In this document: in pieces, positions 14,096-28,600 of the stretch
Layout of the letters: every line of letters starts with the position of its first letter
How positions within the stretch are numbered: position 1 is the stretch's first letter
Source of the DNA: a virus
Taxonomy: Duplodnaviria; Caudoviricetes
Strand: one strand, 5' to 3'
DNA: 64,000 bases
IMG/VR virus record: IMGVR_UViG_3300028888_000053
Location: 64,001 to 128,000 of that record
Program-made: the position numbers and the translations under genes
The notes under the pieces: generated by a model
The model's database searches: none
What the model was told of the DNA's origin: nothing
The model's input: the letters and a program-made list of their open reading frames with translations, nothing else

Positions 14096-15007
14096 TTAAT
14101 TAAATACAAAATTTAAACATTTATTTGTTGTATCATACTACAACTAACAATTAGTACTAGAGGCTGAATTAGTAGTACTGCCATTAATCTTAATCGATTT
14201 TACTTCTGGTTCTGTAATATAATTTGTAGAAGTACCTATTGCTAAATTTGCCCAATATAATGCACTTGCGGTAGCATAAGAACTCAATGTTGTCGTTGTA
14301 CCATTGGTATTCCATACTTTAGAATTACTACCAGTTTCAACTGTACCAGAAGTGGTCATTTTATTTAAACCAACAATACCTAATACTCCAGTACTTGGTT
14401 TAAATTTTGCTAAATGAGTTGCATAAGTAGTATTGATAACTGATTCTAGATTAAATGTTGCATCATCACTGTAAGAATAACCTAACAGTAAAGGTCTCCA
14501 AGAAGTATTACCTGATGTTGTTTTTGTTTGAGTGACTTTAGTATCAGAAGACCGAGTTATAAACTCACACGTGTCGTCATCATAAATAAGAGCACGTTTT
14601 ATATCATCGCCATATATACTACAAAATTCATAATAATCGCCACTCTATCCATATGATAATGGGAGATAGTAATAAGCACCTACATCATTGTACTTCAACA
14701 ATACTCTTCTATTTACAGATAAAGCAGTGGTAATTTCAGAATATGGATGTCCAGGAAGAACTTGTCCATTGTCATCTTCATTTATTTCAATAATCAAAGG
14801 ATTATCCCTTTCTGCAGACTATGCCTATCCTGCATAATCGGCATATCCAGCAGTTTCGGCATATTCTGGTACTTCTGGATCCTAAACAACATATAAATTA
14901 TTAGCATCATAATTATATGTCACACCATCTATAGTTACAGATCCAGCAGAAATTAAAGTAGAATAATCTTTTTGCTTTATTTTTACTATTTTATTTAAAT
15001 TTGCCAT
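14096..15007 (-). CDS. Tail fibre-associated protein
   Basis: With TAG=Gln, 303 aa MANLNKIVKIKQKDY...YDTTNKCLNFVFN*. Confidence 0.65.
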
Positions 15008-15063
15008 AATAATAATTAAAAAAGGACGAGAAAACACAGTTGCCATAGACCCTGGCTCGTTTA

Positions 15064-15621
15064 TTATTCATAATATGTTATTGTCGCTAAATTAGAATTT
15101 ACTCCTGTTCTTTCATTATTTACATTATATCTAAAAGTTGCTCTGACAGTTACATTAACCTTATGCTTTTTCCAAATTATATAACGCTATTTAGATGTTA
15201 ATACGTTATGAATTTGAATAGAATATACCATTCCGACTTGAATCTATTCAATATCCAATGACTATCCACAAAATTTATGTTTTACAACATTTGCATTACC
15301 AATCTTTTTGCATCGAGAATATGCACAATGTCCAATAGATGTTTGTTTGGTTTCAATAAAAATACTTAAATGATTTAAATAAGCATTATTACTCATATGT
15401 TTTGCTATAGCAGTTTCTGATTTATAATCATCATGATCACCGTTTGTAATCATGTCTTTTAATTTCATGGCAAATTTACTCTATTTTAATTCGTAATATT
15501 TAGGAATTCTTATAACTTTCACATAAATATTTTCATCATCGTACCATAATTTTAAAGGATAAGGAAAGTTTGAATCATCACCATTTATAGCTACTCTATC
15601 TTGCGTTAAATTATATTTCAT
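15064..15621 (-). CDS. Hypothetical protein
   Basis: With TAG=Gln, 185 aa, extends fragment 15262-15468. Confidence 0.55.
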
Positions 15622-15627
15622 AGTTCA

Positions 15628-18174
15628 TTATGTTAAATCAAGTATTTCAATAGTTGTCTAATACGTATTTGAATCTAAAGAGCCATCTCCCTTTACGAAT
15701 TGCACTGAAGTTCCATTATTAGTGACGAACTTTGTAGCATATAAAGATGCAGTTGACGGCTAAGCATATATTCCTGTATTAAAATAAACAGGCTATGTAG
15801 CACTACCAGTGCTAATAGTTCCAGAACCATGATTATAGCTTAATAGCAATGCTCTATAATCAGTTGTAGTAGTATTCTACTATGCTACTTTAGAATCAGT
15901 ATTTGGATTAGAAGGCATTGTAACTTCAAATACCACATCACCCACACTACCTATTTCAACTGTTTCGCCCCATGTTAAAGTTGGGCTATTACCAGTGACA
16001 GCTTTCCATGATGGCATCTCAGATGTATTAGTCATCCAAATATTATTATTTGTATCTGCTGGAGGAGCAGGAAGGAATCCAGCTGAACCAGAGCTATTCT
16101 AACTTGCACCTAATTTTATTGTAAAATAATCAGCACTACCACTTTGTCCACTTCCTGTGCCTGCCGCTAAATACGAAACAGATAAAGGAGATTCTGCTGC
16201 AAAGTTTATAGCTTTTGTACTATTAGCTGTTCCAACTCTACTTGTACCACTTGTATATATATTTCTCCAGGTGTTAGTATTCGGATTAGAAGGAATAGTC
16301 AACGTCTTTTCAACTCCATTAATATTTACAGTTAAAGAACTACCCCATGTAGATCCGCCACCAGTCACAGATGAATTTCCTGCATGTAAAATATTATAAA
16401 AATTACCGCCAGTATCTCTATACTGTAGTTTTCCTACACCACCAGAATAAAATCCTATAGCACCTAATGAACGTTTATTGCCACTAGAATCTTTATTGGC
16501 AAAACTAATGAAAGCAATGTGATCTCCAGAACTTCTATAGAATTCTACAATACCTTTAGAATAACTAGAAATTGTAGAAGTAACTGTTTGTTCAGTAGAA
16601 CTCAATTTTAAATATGTATCATCTAAATTACTGATACCTAATGCCGTCTTAACACTCCATAAACCAGCCCATTTTGTTGTTCCGCCAGAAGCAAAAGAGT
16701 CAATTGTTAAAAAATACTAAGGACTAGTATTTTCTGGAAGTGCTGTATTATCTTTCCATTTTAATTGGCCTAACATAGTACCACCGGCAGTAGGAAGATA
16801 ATCATTTACATTTAAATTCTTCTATATTACATTATAATTACCAATCGTAGTTCCAGGATTATCAACTAAAGCAATAATCATATCTCCTGGTTCTACATAT
16901 GTTCCAAGAAAATATGTATTAGATGTACTAGAATAACTACCAACAATCCAAGTATATCCTTTCTTTAAAGTTGTTCCTAATGTTGGTTGTAATGAAGAAT
17001 CAACAACAGGAGCTGTATTTGTGCCAGATGCAGTAGGAGTATATAAACCAACATATTGTAATGCGCCATTTAATGTGGCGACAGAATTGGAAATAGCATT
17101 CTATACAAATGCAGTAGTAGCTATCTATGTAGTACTAGTACCAGCTGATGCAGTAGGAGCCTTTGGTGTACCTGTAAATTCTGGAGAGTCTAATGGAGCT
17201 AATGCAGTCTCACTCACAGAATATACTTTCATTATATCGCCTTCTGCCTTTAAATTAAGAGAAACTTTTACTGCTCCAGTCGTTCCGAACGCGCCAGCAT
17301 CTATAATAGCATTAGTATCTAGAATAACGTCGTCTTCGTCGCCCAGTGACACACTACCAATAAAATATAACATCCACCCATGGGATCCCGAATTATCATA
17401 ACATATTATTGGGACGACCCCATTTTGCATATCTGTCCGCAATTCACTTGGTGTAATACCTTGGATAGCTTCTCCTTGTGTATATTCAGTTATATAGTAC
17501 ACATGCACCTTTTTGTCAGCAATAGCAGTCTATAATTCCTGTTGACTTGCATAAGCAGTTGAATCAACAGTTCCATCTGCTTTTAAAAATTGAGACGATG
17601 TACCTCCTCTTTTAACAAAACTTCCAGCTTTTAAAGCGCCTGTACTTGGATTATATGTCAATCCAGTACTTGTATTAGCATTTACATACTATATTGTAGT
17701 ATCGGCACCACTTGCACTAAATGGAATAGTTCTATCACTCGATGTCCATGTGCTCCCCGCCTTAACAAAATATTTACCAGAAAATGCAGTAGCATATAAA
17801 TAACCATTATAGTTTAAACGAGTGTCTCCATTTGGTTCAGTAGTCCCAGTATAAAAACTCGCTCCAGTCTATTTACTATCATAAGGAGCTAAAGTATATG
17901 AAACAGAATTTGAACCACCAGTTCCAGTTAATTTCCAATACTAAGATGTAGCAGAAGCAGAAATATTAAAAGCTGTTGGTTTCTTTCCAAAATACTTTCC
18001 ATGAGACCATAGTATACCCTAATCCTTTATAAATACAATAGAATTATAAGGGATATTTCCTACATAACCATTAGTAGCCGTAGTAGTTTCCGAAGTGCTA
18101 TTTAAATAATTAGCACCCTAGAAAATCGCTAACGTATCAACTGTTATAAACTTAGACTATATTTTTCCTGCCAT
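15628..18174 (-). CDS. Tail fibre protein
   Basis: With TAG=Gln, 848 aa; APLDSPEFTGTPKAPTA, GGTSSQFLKADG and YLPTAGGTM fibre repeats. Confidence 0.8.
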
Positions 18175-18203
18175 AATATTCCTGTTAAATTAATTTTTCG
18201 TTT

Positions 18204-18232
18204 ATTATAATATATAAAATGCGAAAAATCAA
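18204..18232 (-). promoter_or_regulatory. Promoter TTGATT-N17-TATAAT
   Basis: 30 nt upstream of ATG 18174, immediately after the terminator. Confidence 0.65.
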
Positions 18233-18248
18233 ATTATTTTAAATAAAT

Positions 18249-18276
18249 AAAGCGGAGAATGATTTTCCCCGCTTTT
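18249..18276. terminator. Intrinsic terminator
   Basis: aaagcggagaa-tgatt-ttccccgctttt stem-loop after the stop at 18296. Confidence 0.65.
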
Positions 18277-18295
18277 ATATTGATTTTTAATAAGA

Positions 18296-20011
18296 TTAAG
18301 CATAATATTTAATACCTTCATCATCAACTTCAGCCCAAACGAGATGTATTTCGGAACCATCCATATTGGAATTATTATCGATGTTAATTGCGACAAATTC
18401 AGAGCCAAAACATAACGAATTTGTCCTTATACCAGAATCCCATATCTTTGCAGCAGTTGTACTTGTCGCTCCCTAAGATGCAAGCTAATAAGCATTTACT
18501 GGACGCCAAGTATTAGTATCAGTCCAAGGAACATTGACATAAGGAACACCATTATCATCCAATGCAACGGCATAAGCTTTACCTGTAACGCCATTTCCAC
18601 TTAAAGTTTCATTTTCACCTAATACATTCAAACTAAATACATGATTGCTTAAATCTAAACCGTCTGCAGCTGTATAAGGAGTACTTCCAATGGTAATTTT
18701 TTGATCTGCTAATGTAATAGTCGCATCACCAGTTGTAGCTAACTAAATATGTGATACAGCACTAAAAGCTCCACCGTTTGCCTATGTGAGTAAATTTATA
18801 TATTTTCCAGTGCCAGAAGAATTATATGATGTTGAATTATTTGCTGTAGCAGTTATTAATGAATATTTATTATTAGTAGTTGTTACGGTTATTGTATCAT
18901 CGCTTGTTCCAGATATTGTTGTGCTGCCTGTAAATACTAATGTTTTAGCAGCACTTGGATTGTATGTTAAACTTGTTGGAGTGTCTTTTGTATCCTGAAT
19001 AGTTAATGACTAAAAACTAGCCCAAGTAGGAGATGAAGATCTTATTGCTAAATACTGATCATTAGATCCGTTAGCCAATGATTTAATAGCCTATCCATCT
19101 GCTCCTAAAATTAATGTATTATTGGTTAATACATCTGAAGCAGTAACTGCACCATCTATGTTAGCTTGAGCAACAGTCCAATGTGAACTTTGATACGATG
19201 GCTGGGATGACTGGCTGGTTGTTGCATCAGAAATAGCAATGATTAGATCTCCAACTTCAACGTGTATGGAACTTCCACTCGGTTTTGTAGAAACAAGTTT
19301 ACCAGCACTAGTAATCCATCCAGCCTCATTAACTCTATACGTCCATCCTGCTGAATAAGCACTTTTATCCAAAGTGTCACCAACTATTAAAACACCTTTA
19401 AATACCATGGCATTACTAGCGCCAAGAATATCATCTATTGCTGTTTTGACTGCTCCAGAAGTAATTAAATTAGAACTATTTTCAGTCACAGTACTGTCAA
19501 TTTTCTTTGTTTCAACCGCGTCAGTACCATTTCCAATTAATACTTCACCTACTGCTAAACTATCTTTACCAGTACCACCATACTATACATCAATTTTAGT
19601 ACCATTCCATTTTCCAGTTCCAATTGTACCTAAAGTAGTAATTTTAGTAGAACCAGTCCAGTTGCTTAACTCGTTTTCTGTGACAAGATCTGTCAATTTC
19701 GTCCATGTAACAGAAATTGTAGTATCTGCATTGTTTGTTAATACTGGGATAGAAGCTCCATCTGTTGACAGTGGCTTTGCGCTGGTTGTATTGCCGGCTG
19801 TACTATTATATATTAATCCAAGTCCATATGACGCAGCAGAAGAAAAATCTAACCCATGAGTAAGTAAATGGCCATCACCAGTAAATACTAAAGAGCGATA
19901 AAAATCATTTGAGCTATTATTCCACTCTTTATCATTAGAGTTATCTTTTAACCATTTCTTCGAAGAATTAAGATTTTTTCCTATATATACTAATTTCTAT
20001 ACGTTTGCCAT
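18296..20011 (-). CDS. Tail fibre protein
   Basis: With TAG=Gln, 571 aa; AMVFKG..GDLIIA..WTVAQANIDGAV and YVNVPWTDTNT repeats. Confidence 0.8.
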
Positions 20012-20016
20012 AATTT

Positions 20017-21123
20017 TTATTTAACAATTTCTAACCAATTAATATACAACATCTTCTTGTCTGTGCCATCAAACTTGAAGTCTTTACTAATTGTAAGAGT
20101 ATCGTCTATGGCAGATATTGTATCATCATCTTCTTCTATTTCAATCTTTACAGGAGCAGGAATGCCAGCAATTCTAGTATCTACATAGTTCTTAGCTGTT
20201 GCCAAGGTATTATATACCAACTAAGGACTAGCAGCAATTCCATCTCCTTCTGGAGCAATAATAGCTCCACCATCTGTTTCAAATGTATTTTGGAGTATTA
20301 CTGTTCCTCTAATCTCTGTTGTAGCAGGCTATACCATATTATAGACTAATTGAGGACTGGCGGCAACTCCAGTTTCCTCTGGAGCTATAATACCACCATT
20401 CTCATCAGTTTCAAATTCATCCTATAATTTTACGATACCTGCTTTAATATTTGTTGCAGGAGCGTTTACTCCATGCTAATAACCGTCTACAAAAATACCA
20501 TCCTGTAAAAAGTAAACTCTTCCTTCTTCATTGTGAGTATCTCTATCAAAAACCTAAGTAATATCTTTAGCAAAAGTGACAGGAATCTCACCTTTCTTGA
20601 TGATAGAAGCATTTACTTCTATGTTATTGGCAGTTCTATTATTTTTAGGCCCAGTAAAAAGTAACTAAACTTGATACGGAATATCAGATAACTGTATTAA
20701 TACGCTCTATAATCCATAATAACAACTTTCTAAATCATTACTTGTTACTTTTAATACTATATCATATGAATTCTGCGTTTGTTCTTCATTAACTACGAAT
20801 GGAGTAGAAATTAAAGTCTTGACATTATCCTTAGCCTATATAGTACCAGAAAATGATACTGAATTTACTTCTAATCGCAAATTACGCTAAGAACATAAGT
20901 CACCAGTACTAGTTAATAGTAAAGTCTTGGTTAAAATAGTACCTATAGTATGATTCTATAAACCAGTTACTCTAAATGTGTACTCTAATTCGTTTTCTAA
21001 TGTTTCACCACCATTCAATATTTCAGCAGTATTATAAGTGCCAGACAGCTTCGTTAAAGCAGTAGAACTACCATTAATTTTAAAGGATGATAAAGTTGCA
21101 CTTATGTTGTCTATTACTGCCAT
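20017..21123 (-). CDS. Tail fibre protein with two phage fibre repeats
   Basis: With TAG=Gln, 368 aa; duplicated PAT...G.V.LQ..FETD..G.IIAPE..G.AASPQLVYN. Confidence 0.75.
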
Positions 21124-22061
21124 GTTAATTGAGTAGCTATGTTATTAATATTTGTTGTATTTTGAGAAATATTGGTTGTGTTAGTGGAAATACTAGTAGT
21201 ATGCTACTATACTGTATTTGACAATGCAGAAATTGCAGAAGTATTCATGCCTATTGCAGTATTCATACCAGAGACAGTCGTGTCAGTATAAGCTTTTGCA
21301 GCGTTGAGAGCATCTGCTATATCTTTATCTGACTCACTTCTTGTTTTGTAATTTGATAAGTCAATAGAACCGCCTAAGGCATCCCAACCATCTGATGTGT
21401 ATACATAATTCATACCAGTGGTAATTACATTATATACATCACCTATAGTTGGATCTTCAATTTGTTGTAAAGCGTTTTGATTTTGAACACTACCTTTAAC
21501 TCTATATACTGAAGCAATTAAAGAATCCGCATAAGATTTTGCTGCCGTCTCTGCGGCGTCGGCTTTATCCTAAGCAACTCCTTCCAAATAAGTATTATTA
21601 GCTGAAATTGAAGTTGTTACATATTCCTCTGTGGCATAATATATATTACCTGTCTTTATTCCATTAGAATCAATTGTGATAACATTATTACCCTAATCAT
21701 CCTATACAAGAATACTTTCAGTAACGACACTGCCATCTGCCGAAAAATAATCAGCAAGAGTCTTTAGAATTGTACCACTCTAATTAATAACAACAGGGAA
21801 ATCTCCAAGATTTAAAACAACTACACCCGTTTTTCCATTTACAGAATCAACTGCTCCTCCACCTCCAGAACCGCCACCGCCTCCAGTGGTTCCATCGCCA
21901 AAGATTTTACCATCAACGATAATGTAATTACCAGTATTATCTGATACAAAACATATTGCCCCTGGTTCTGCATCTTCTGGAAGTGTAGCTAAAGCTAAGG
22001 CTTCAGCCTTTGTTTTACTTGCATAAAACTTTACACCTAAATCTTTTATATCTAAAGCCAT
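21114..22061 (-). CDS. Tail fibre protein
   Basis: With TAG=Gln, 315 aa; VDSVNGKTGVV, YRVKGSV..GDVYNV..GMNYVY..WDALGG, C-terminal coiled coil. Confidence 0.75.
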
Positions 22062-22062
22062 A

Positions 22063-22272
22063 TTAATTCCAGTGTAAATTTTTGTTTAATAAATCTAATA
22101 TCTATTTATCAGTCTTAGACATTAATCCAGACTATTCTTCAGTGGCATCTTCTATTAGAGGAGCCCATTTGTTGTATTTGTATATAAGAATTTCTTTATC
22201 ATTCTTAATCCAAACATGTGAATATGTTGGAGGGGAAGTGACTCCCCTCCAAACTGATATATTCTTATTCAT
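22063..22272 (-). CDS. Small tail-fibre-associated protein
   Basis: 69 aa with the ATEEQSGLMSKTDK fibre motif (TAG=Gln). Confidence 0.6.
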
Positions 22273-22634
22273 TTGAAAATCTATTTTGCAATCTATTTAC
22301 ATTGTGATCTCCATAATTGAAATTCACGCTCTTCATCTTCATGATTACCAAGTCTAGCATTTGCCAATAAAGCCAACTCGTCATCTATTGAATACTTCTA
22401 ACGAATTAATTCGGAAACAGCATTTTCGTAATTAGTAGAAGAAATATAATATATATCACCATTGATAAAAACCGGTAACACTTCTTCTATTTCATCTTCA
22501 TTAAATGCAATCGATATTACCTTTCCGTTTTGAACCATGGTAGAAGGTCCTAATGTCACTTCTTCTAACAAACCATATTTTGTTTTTAATATATGTCCAT
22601 CAGAAGCCTTTAAAGATTTTTTAGTTTTTATCAT
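22269..22634 (-). CDS. Probable tail fibre assembly chaperone
   Basis: With TAG=Gln, 121 aa; VSELIRQKYSIDDELALLAN...EFQLWRSQCK. Confidence 0.55.
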
Positions 22635-22642
22635 AATACATA

Positions 22643-25600
22643 TTAATTTTGAAGTATGTCATTAATGTATAATCTAACATCATTCTTGTATGCCAAGAAA
22701 GCATCTTTAACAGACTAAGTATTTGTAGTTAAATATAACGCATTTCTTCTATTTGAACCAAAAGGTGTTGTAGGCGAAATTGTTGTTGGAACAACATCGG
22801 TATTAATATGGATAATATGTCCACTGTTTTCATAAGAAATAAATGCATTAGCTCCAATATACTATAAGTTAGTAAAATAAAATTCGTGAGAACGTGTGAG
22901 CTGCGAAAAAGCTGAAGCATAAATATGTGTTACATTATTAAACGTAACCCCTCCGTCATTAACTCCACCTGCCCTTAAAGGTGCATTAAAATTATTAAAA
23001 GCACTAGTTCCGATTTTTGAACACGATTGCCCAATTTTTATATTCCCCCAAGAATAAGTTGAATCGCAATAGAAACTTCCGTCGCCAATTTCTTCAATAT
23101 TATCAAATGTAATAGTGTTATCATTTGCTGGTGGTATTCCACTAGCTTTATAGAAGGTATATGATAATTTCTTAACATATGGAGCGAGTGTACTCCAATC
23201 GAAGCAAGGACTATTAAGTTTGTAACTTGAAACATATCCAATAGTCAAGTTTTTACTATTTATCGGAGCTCCTAATTTATACATAGGAGCGCCAGCATTT
23301 GCATAACTCCATTGTCCTCCACCTAATGTAACATTAAACATCGAATAACCCCAAAATGCATTTGTACTAGAATCACTAATTAATAAAGACCCTCCTATAT
23401 TAGTAACAATATTTCCTATTTGTTCAATAGTATTTGCTGGATAAAGAAATAATGGATTATCTACGCCTGTCGATAAATTCATTTCAACCGTTAAAGATAA
23501 ACTAAATATTCCAGCTGACTAAGATGTTCCATTATTAAAAATTTTCTTTATTTTCGTACATTTAGTAAGATCAAATTGCAAATTCGATAGTAAAGAAGTT
23601 AGACTACTCAGGTTCACAACAGCAGAATTTAATGTTGAAGGCAATACAATCTAGCCATAACCATAATAGTTAGAATATATTGACGTCCATAAAAATTCAG
23701 AAATACGTTCTGGTAAAACTAAATTTTTAAATTTAAATGATGTTGGCACAGTAAATAGAGTATTACTTACTCTAAAATACTATAAATAAGTCAAATCGTA
23801 AACAGCGCTATCTGTATCTGATTGTGATAAAATAGACGTTCCTGTGCCTGCACTACACTAAATAGTATTATTGCCAGTAGAAATTGTATACTTAACAAAA
23901 TGAGATCTTTTTAATTGCGTATCACCTAAATTATCTAAGACACCACCAGCAAATAAATCATTTAACCATTTCAATTCTGGATTGTAAGATGTTGTACCTG
24001 GTGTAAACTCATCTATATTACATACCACTTTATCATAATATAGTATTTTACTACATACATTTTTGCCATATAATACAATATTCAACGTACAATCATCTGG
24101 TGTCTATGAATCTGGAATATATCTTAATGTAGTAAGTATATGCGTTGTAGAATCATAAGAATATTCCAAACTTCCTGAAGTCACAGAAATAAGCACATTT
24201 GTTCCAATTTGAGTATCATTGAATAAATGCTATTTAGTACTTGCAGAATCTACATTTAAAGAAATAATACTACCATCTTGATTCACTATATCATATTCAT
24301 TTCCAACAACTGAAGCAACAACTGATGTAATAGGAATATACTAAACAGTAATTGGATTCGAAACTGCAGGTTCACCACTAACCGGTGTTGCAGTAATAGT
24401 TACCACACAAGATTTGCTTTCATTATTAGATATAGGCAAAGCGGTTAACGTTGCCATATATGAATCTGATTCGCTCGTATTAAGATTAATATATGGTTGT
24501 AATTCTGTGGCATTATCTCCAGAAATCTACATAGTGAATTTAGCCAATCGATTAGTATTAATTTGTATAGGATCTCCATTCTCTCGCAAATACTAGCTAG
24601 TTAATGTAATCCTAAATTCATCAGAGTCCATATTAATAATCGTTAACGCCGATCCAAATGCATTAAATAATATAGCCTTTTGCTCATCTGTAATAGTTAA
24701 ATTTCTTCCAGTACCAGAAATGGCAATATTTTCTATATTATAATTAGTAATTAACGTAGCTAACGTAACTAATTTAGATATTGTAGATGCACTTAAATCA
24801 TCTGGATTATCACCCTATCCAATAATAATCTCTACGTTAGAGAACTAACTATAATGATCAATAATTAAATCAAGAATTGTATTATATAAATAATCACTAC
24901 AATGATTAATAGAAATAGTATCAATCTACGATGAATTTTGAATTGTCAGATTAGCCAATGCAATATTATTGGTGAAATCAAGTTTAATTGGTTTATATAA
25001 TATAACGTCTTGTAGTTTCGATCCTTGTGGCAATGTGATATCTAAATAAGAATCAGTTGAATCTAATGTTCTCAACATAGATAAGGTACTTAAGTCACAT
25101 GATAAAGCACTCTCTATGTTTTTATTTAAATTTATTAACTATAATTCTTCAATATTCGGAATAAAAGCATTCTTAAGAAAGTCCAAATTATCAACATATA
25201 AATTTCCTGCAGAAGATCCGAGTATAAATTTTGTTAAATATGGAAGGCTATTATCATATGCAAACTATACTAATCTAGTATTATACTAATTTCCATAGAA
25301 ATTAGAAAAATCAATACTAGTTGCTCCATACAATCCAAATAAGTCATTTTCATTTGAATTTGCAGTATATTCAACATTAAGCTAACCTATTCTATCTGAC
25401 GGATTATCTGTAAGTGTTAATAATTTTGTTGGAGTATAAGACCTAGATTCTGCATCATAATAAAATCTCCATTTATTAAATGCCGATTCGATACTAATTG
25501 TATTATGTGCTAACTTTGAGATGTCATTTGCAAATTTAAAACCAAATTTATAATTTCTAATTGATTCGGCTCCATATAAAGCATCAAACCATTTTGTTCG

Positions 25601-28600
25601 TTTAGATAAGAACCATTCTCTATGATACTTTCTATTTCCTTGATATTTTGCCAAATTATTTACATCGTAATTAACGACATTAGTACTTGTATTAAGCACA
25701 GTAGGATACATATATTTAACTTCTGCATCGATATTATCTGCAGCATCAGGCATTTTACTGTTTAAATATCCAGCAATAACATTATCGGTTAATACTGTGC
25801 GTAATTTCTAATATGTTACTTCTACTAATTTACCAAGGCCTAATACATACTAATTACTAGTAGTATTATGTATATATGCATCATAGCAATATTCGATATT
25901 ACCCCAAATTGCATGATACGAAACATTATTCGAATCTATACCATTGTATACTCCACTTGTTTCATCAGCATCCCAAGGAAGCTCTAATAAACCAGTGTTA
26001 GCTATACCAAGAATTGTGTCATTGTCATAGAAAATATAGAAAGCTCGCATGTGACCCATTGGATAATTACCATTAGATCCGTCGTTATCAGAAACTTTAG
26101 GATCGCAATAAAATCCTAACATACAATTTTTAATACGCTGATCTGCATTAACGAACATTTTTGTTAAGACATAATATTTTAAGATATAATTTACATTAAA
26201 ATATAAATGTAAATCCCTAGCAAAAATAGCCGCATGACTTTCTTTTTGACTCTATGGCCATAAATATACATTATTTTTATATAACCATTTATATAAACTA
26301 TTTAATAAATATGGCGTCGTTCCATTCTAATAAGCTATATATCCAGCATCATCACTATCAAAATCAGGATATCTTGGTTCCCAAGCCTATTCTTGACAGA
26401 ACCAAGCTAAAGGCTAACCGACATCTGTGGTTTTTTCAGTAAATGGATTTAAATTACGATAAGTTGCATTCTCAGAATCTGGCATTTCTCTTCCAAATGA
26501 AGAATCGCCTTCTTTCATATAAGGAAAAGTAAATGCTCCAATATTACAACGTATTGATCCCAGTAAATTTAAATGCTCTATATTTGTTGGTTTATTTGTA
26601 GAGAATTCCCAACATTCTGTAGGATTAACATATGTATTATTAGAACTAGACGTAAATGTCGAATGCGTGTCATCAAATGAACTATCAGTAATACCAAATA
26701 ATTCTTTCAAATGATCAGCTTCATTTTGAACAATTTCATTATCAAAATAACTTGGTTCATTTCCTGATGTATTAGTAAAACCAAATACATCTTCTGAAGC
26801 TTTTTCATTATTTAAATTATATTTTCCAGCATATACTATATTACCAAGTGTGCCATCTTCATTCCTGCCCTAGAAAAATAAATAAATCTATCTACCATCA
26901 ATGCTCTAACGTACTTCATATGGAAATTCTGCCGCTTCATCAACATCATTCATTGGCAAATGAACGCATTCCTAATTATACAAAATATCGCCTTTATTGA
27001 TAATTGAGTCAGAAGATTCTAATGCATACTAAGTCATTCTTGCAAAACCCGTATTGTGCATACCTGAAGATTCTGCATAATCTGCTTTCAAACAGAATAT
27101 ATTGGCAGGCATGGAATTATAAGAACTTTCTTGCAATCCCGTCTCATCAATTCTATTTGTGTTAAATAGAGAATATTGTGCAGGGTTTGAATCAGTAACA
27201 TTATTAATAAATTCACTAGGATTAAAATTAATTCCTGTAACATTAGAACCAGTAACAAACGTCTTAGTATAAGAAATTGTATTGCCTTTTGGATTTGTTT
27301 TATCCCATCCAGTATTAAATGGTGCAATATCCGTAAGCTTTTTTCGGAAATAAATTCTAAAGTTTTTAATAGGATAATTCATTGAAGAAGTACCCTATCC
27401 AGAAAGAGCTATTCTATCAGCATAAAAATTACCAGCATAAGCAGTCTAATTAGAATTCATTTTTTTAATTAAGAATGTTTCTCCTGCTAATAATCGCCAG
27501 CTCTTTGTTTCATTACCGCTATTATCTCGAGCCAGTAATTCATTGATAGTTTTCCATGGTTCTCTCACTCCATTTTCATGAGCACGAATTAACATATAAA
27601 CAGAGCCAACAGGCAATGTATCTATAGTTACTTTTTGTCCATTACCAACATGGTTGGTATTTAGTGAAATGGCACTTGAGAAAATATTATTCTAAGTACT
27701 ATATTCACCAATATTGGTATTATTATGAATATTATATAAAGCCTAAACTTCACTGAAAGTTATTGCTTTATTATAATATTGTATACCATATAAATATAAC
27801 GAAGTGTTATTTGCGGTAATAATTACATTATTATCATTAGCGGTACTAGTCCCGCTGCCTAAAATCATCTAAGAAGTACCATTAACATAAATAATTGCTA
27901 CATTACCATAATTACTACCATACCATACAAATGTAACTTCTTTTATAGAATTTTCACTAGAAAACTATGTTGTTACACTTTGTGTTCCTTGATAAATCGT
28001 TGCACTTTGTGAAGTTATTTTAAATCCATCACAATTATTCTTGATACAAGAAATTAAAGTTTCATTTGTATTTTCATTCACAGTTGAAAATCTAAATGAT
28101 ATAGCTTTTGGCGTTGTGATATTTAATGGTTGAATATTGGCATTAATTAATGCTCCATTATTAATAATTATGGCTTTTCCATCATTAGACCATCCATTTG
28201 AAGACCAATCAAAACCAGTAAACTAGAAAGAATATCCATCGATATTCATTTCATCAACAGCGGAACTCTATCCGTTTGGTATAAAATCAATAACTGGATT
28301 TGATGGTACAATTAAATCGTTAGCTAATTCAATCGTATCAACTAATAATGTAAAGTAATAATTACCAACCGAAACCGTTATAGTATTTAAATCAGATTGC
28401 AACAACTAATGAGACCAAGATAAATTCTATAAAGAATCGCTTTTGCCAGAAATATTAATTGTATTTATTTCTTTTTCATTTACTTTATAAACAACCTATC
28501 TATCAGTTGGGATGTATGCATATAAATTTAAATTAATAGTATCATATTGTGTGGCAACTATTCTATTTTCAGCCTAATTAACATTAGGCATGCCAATAAT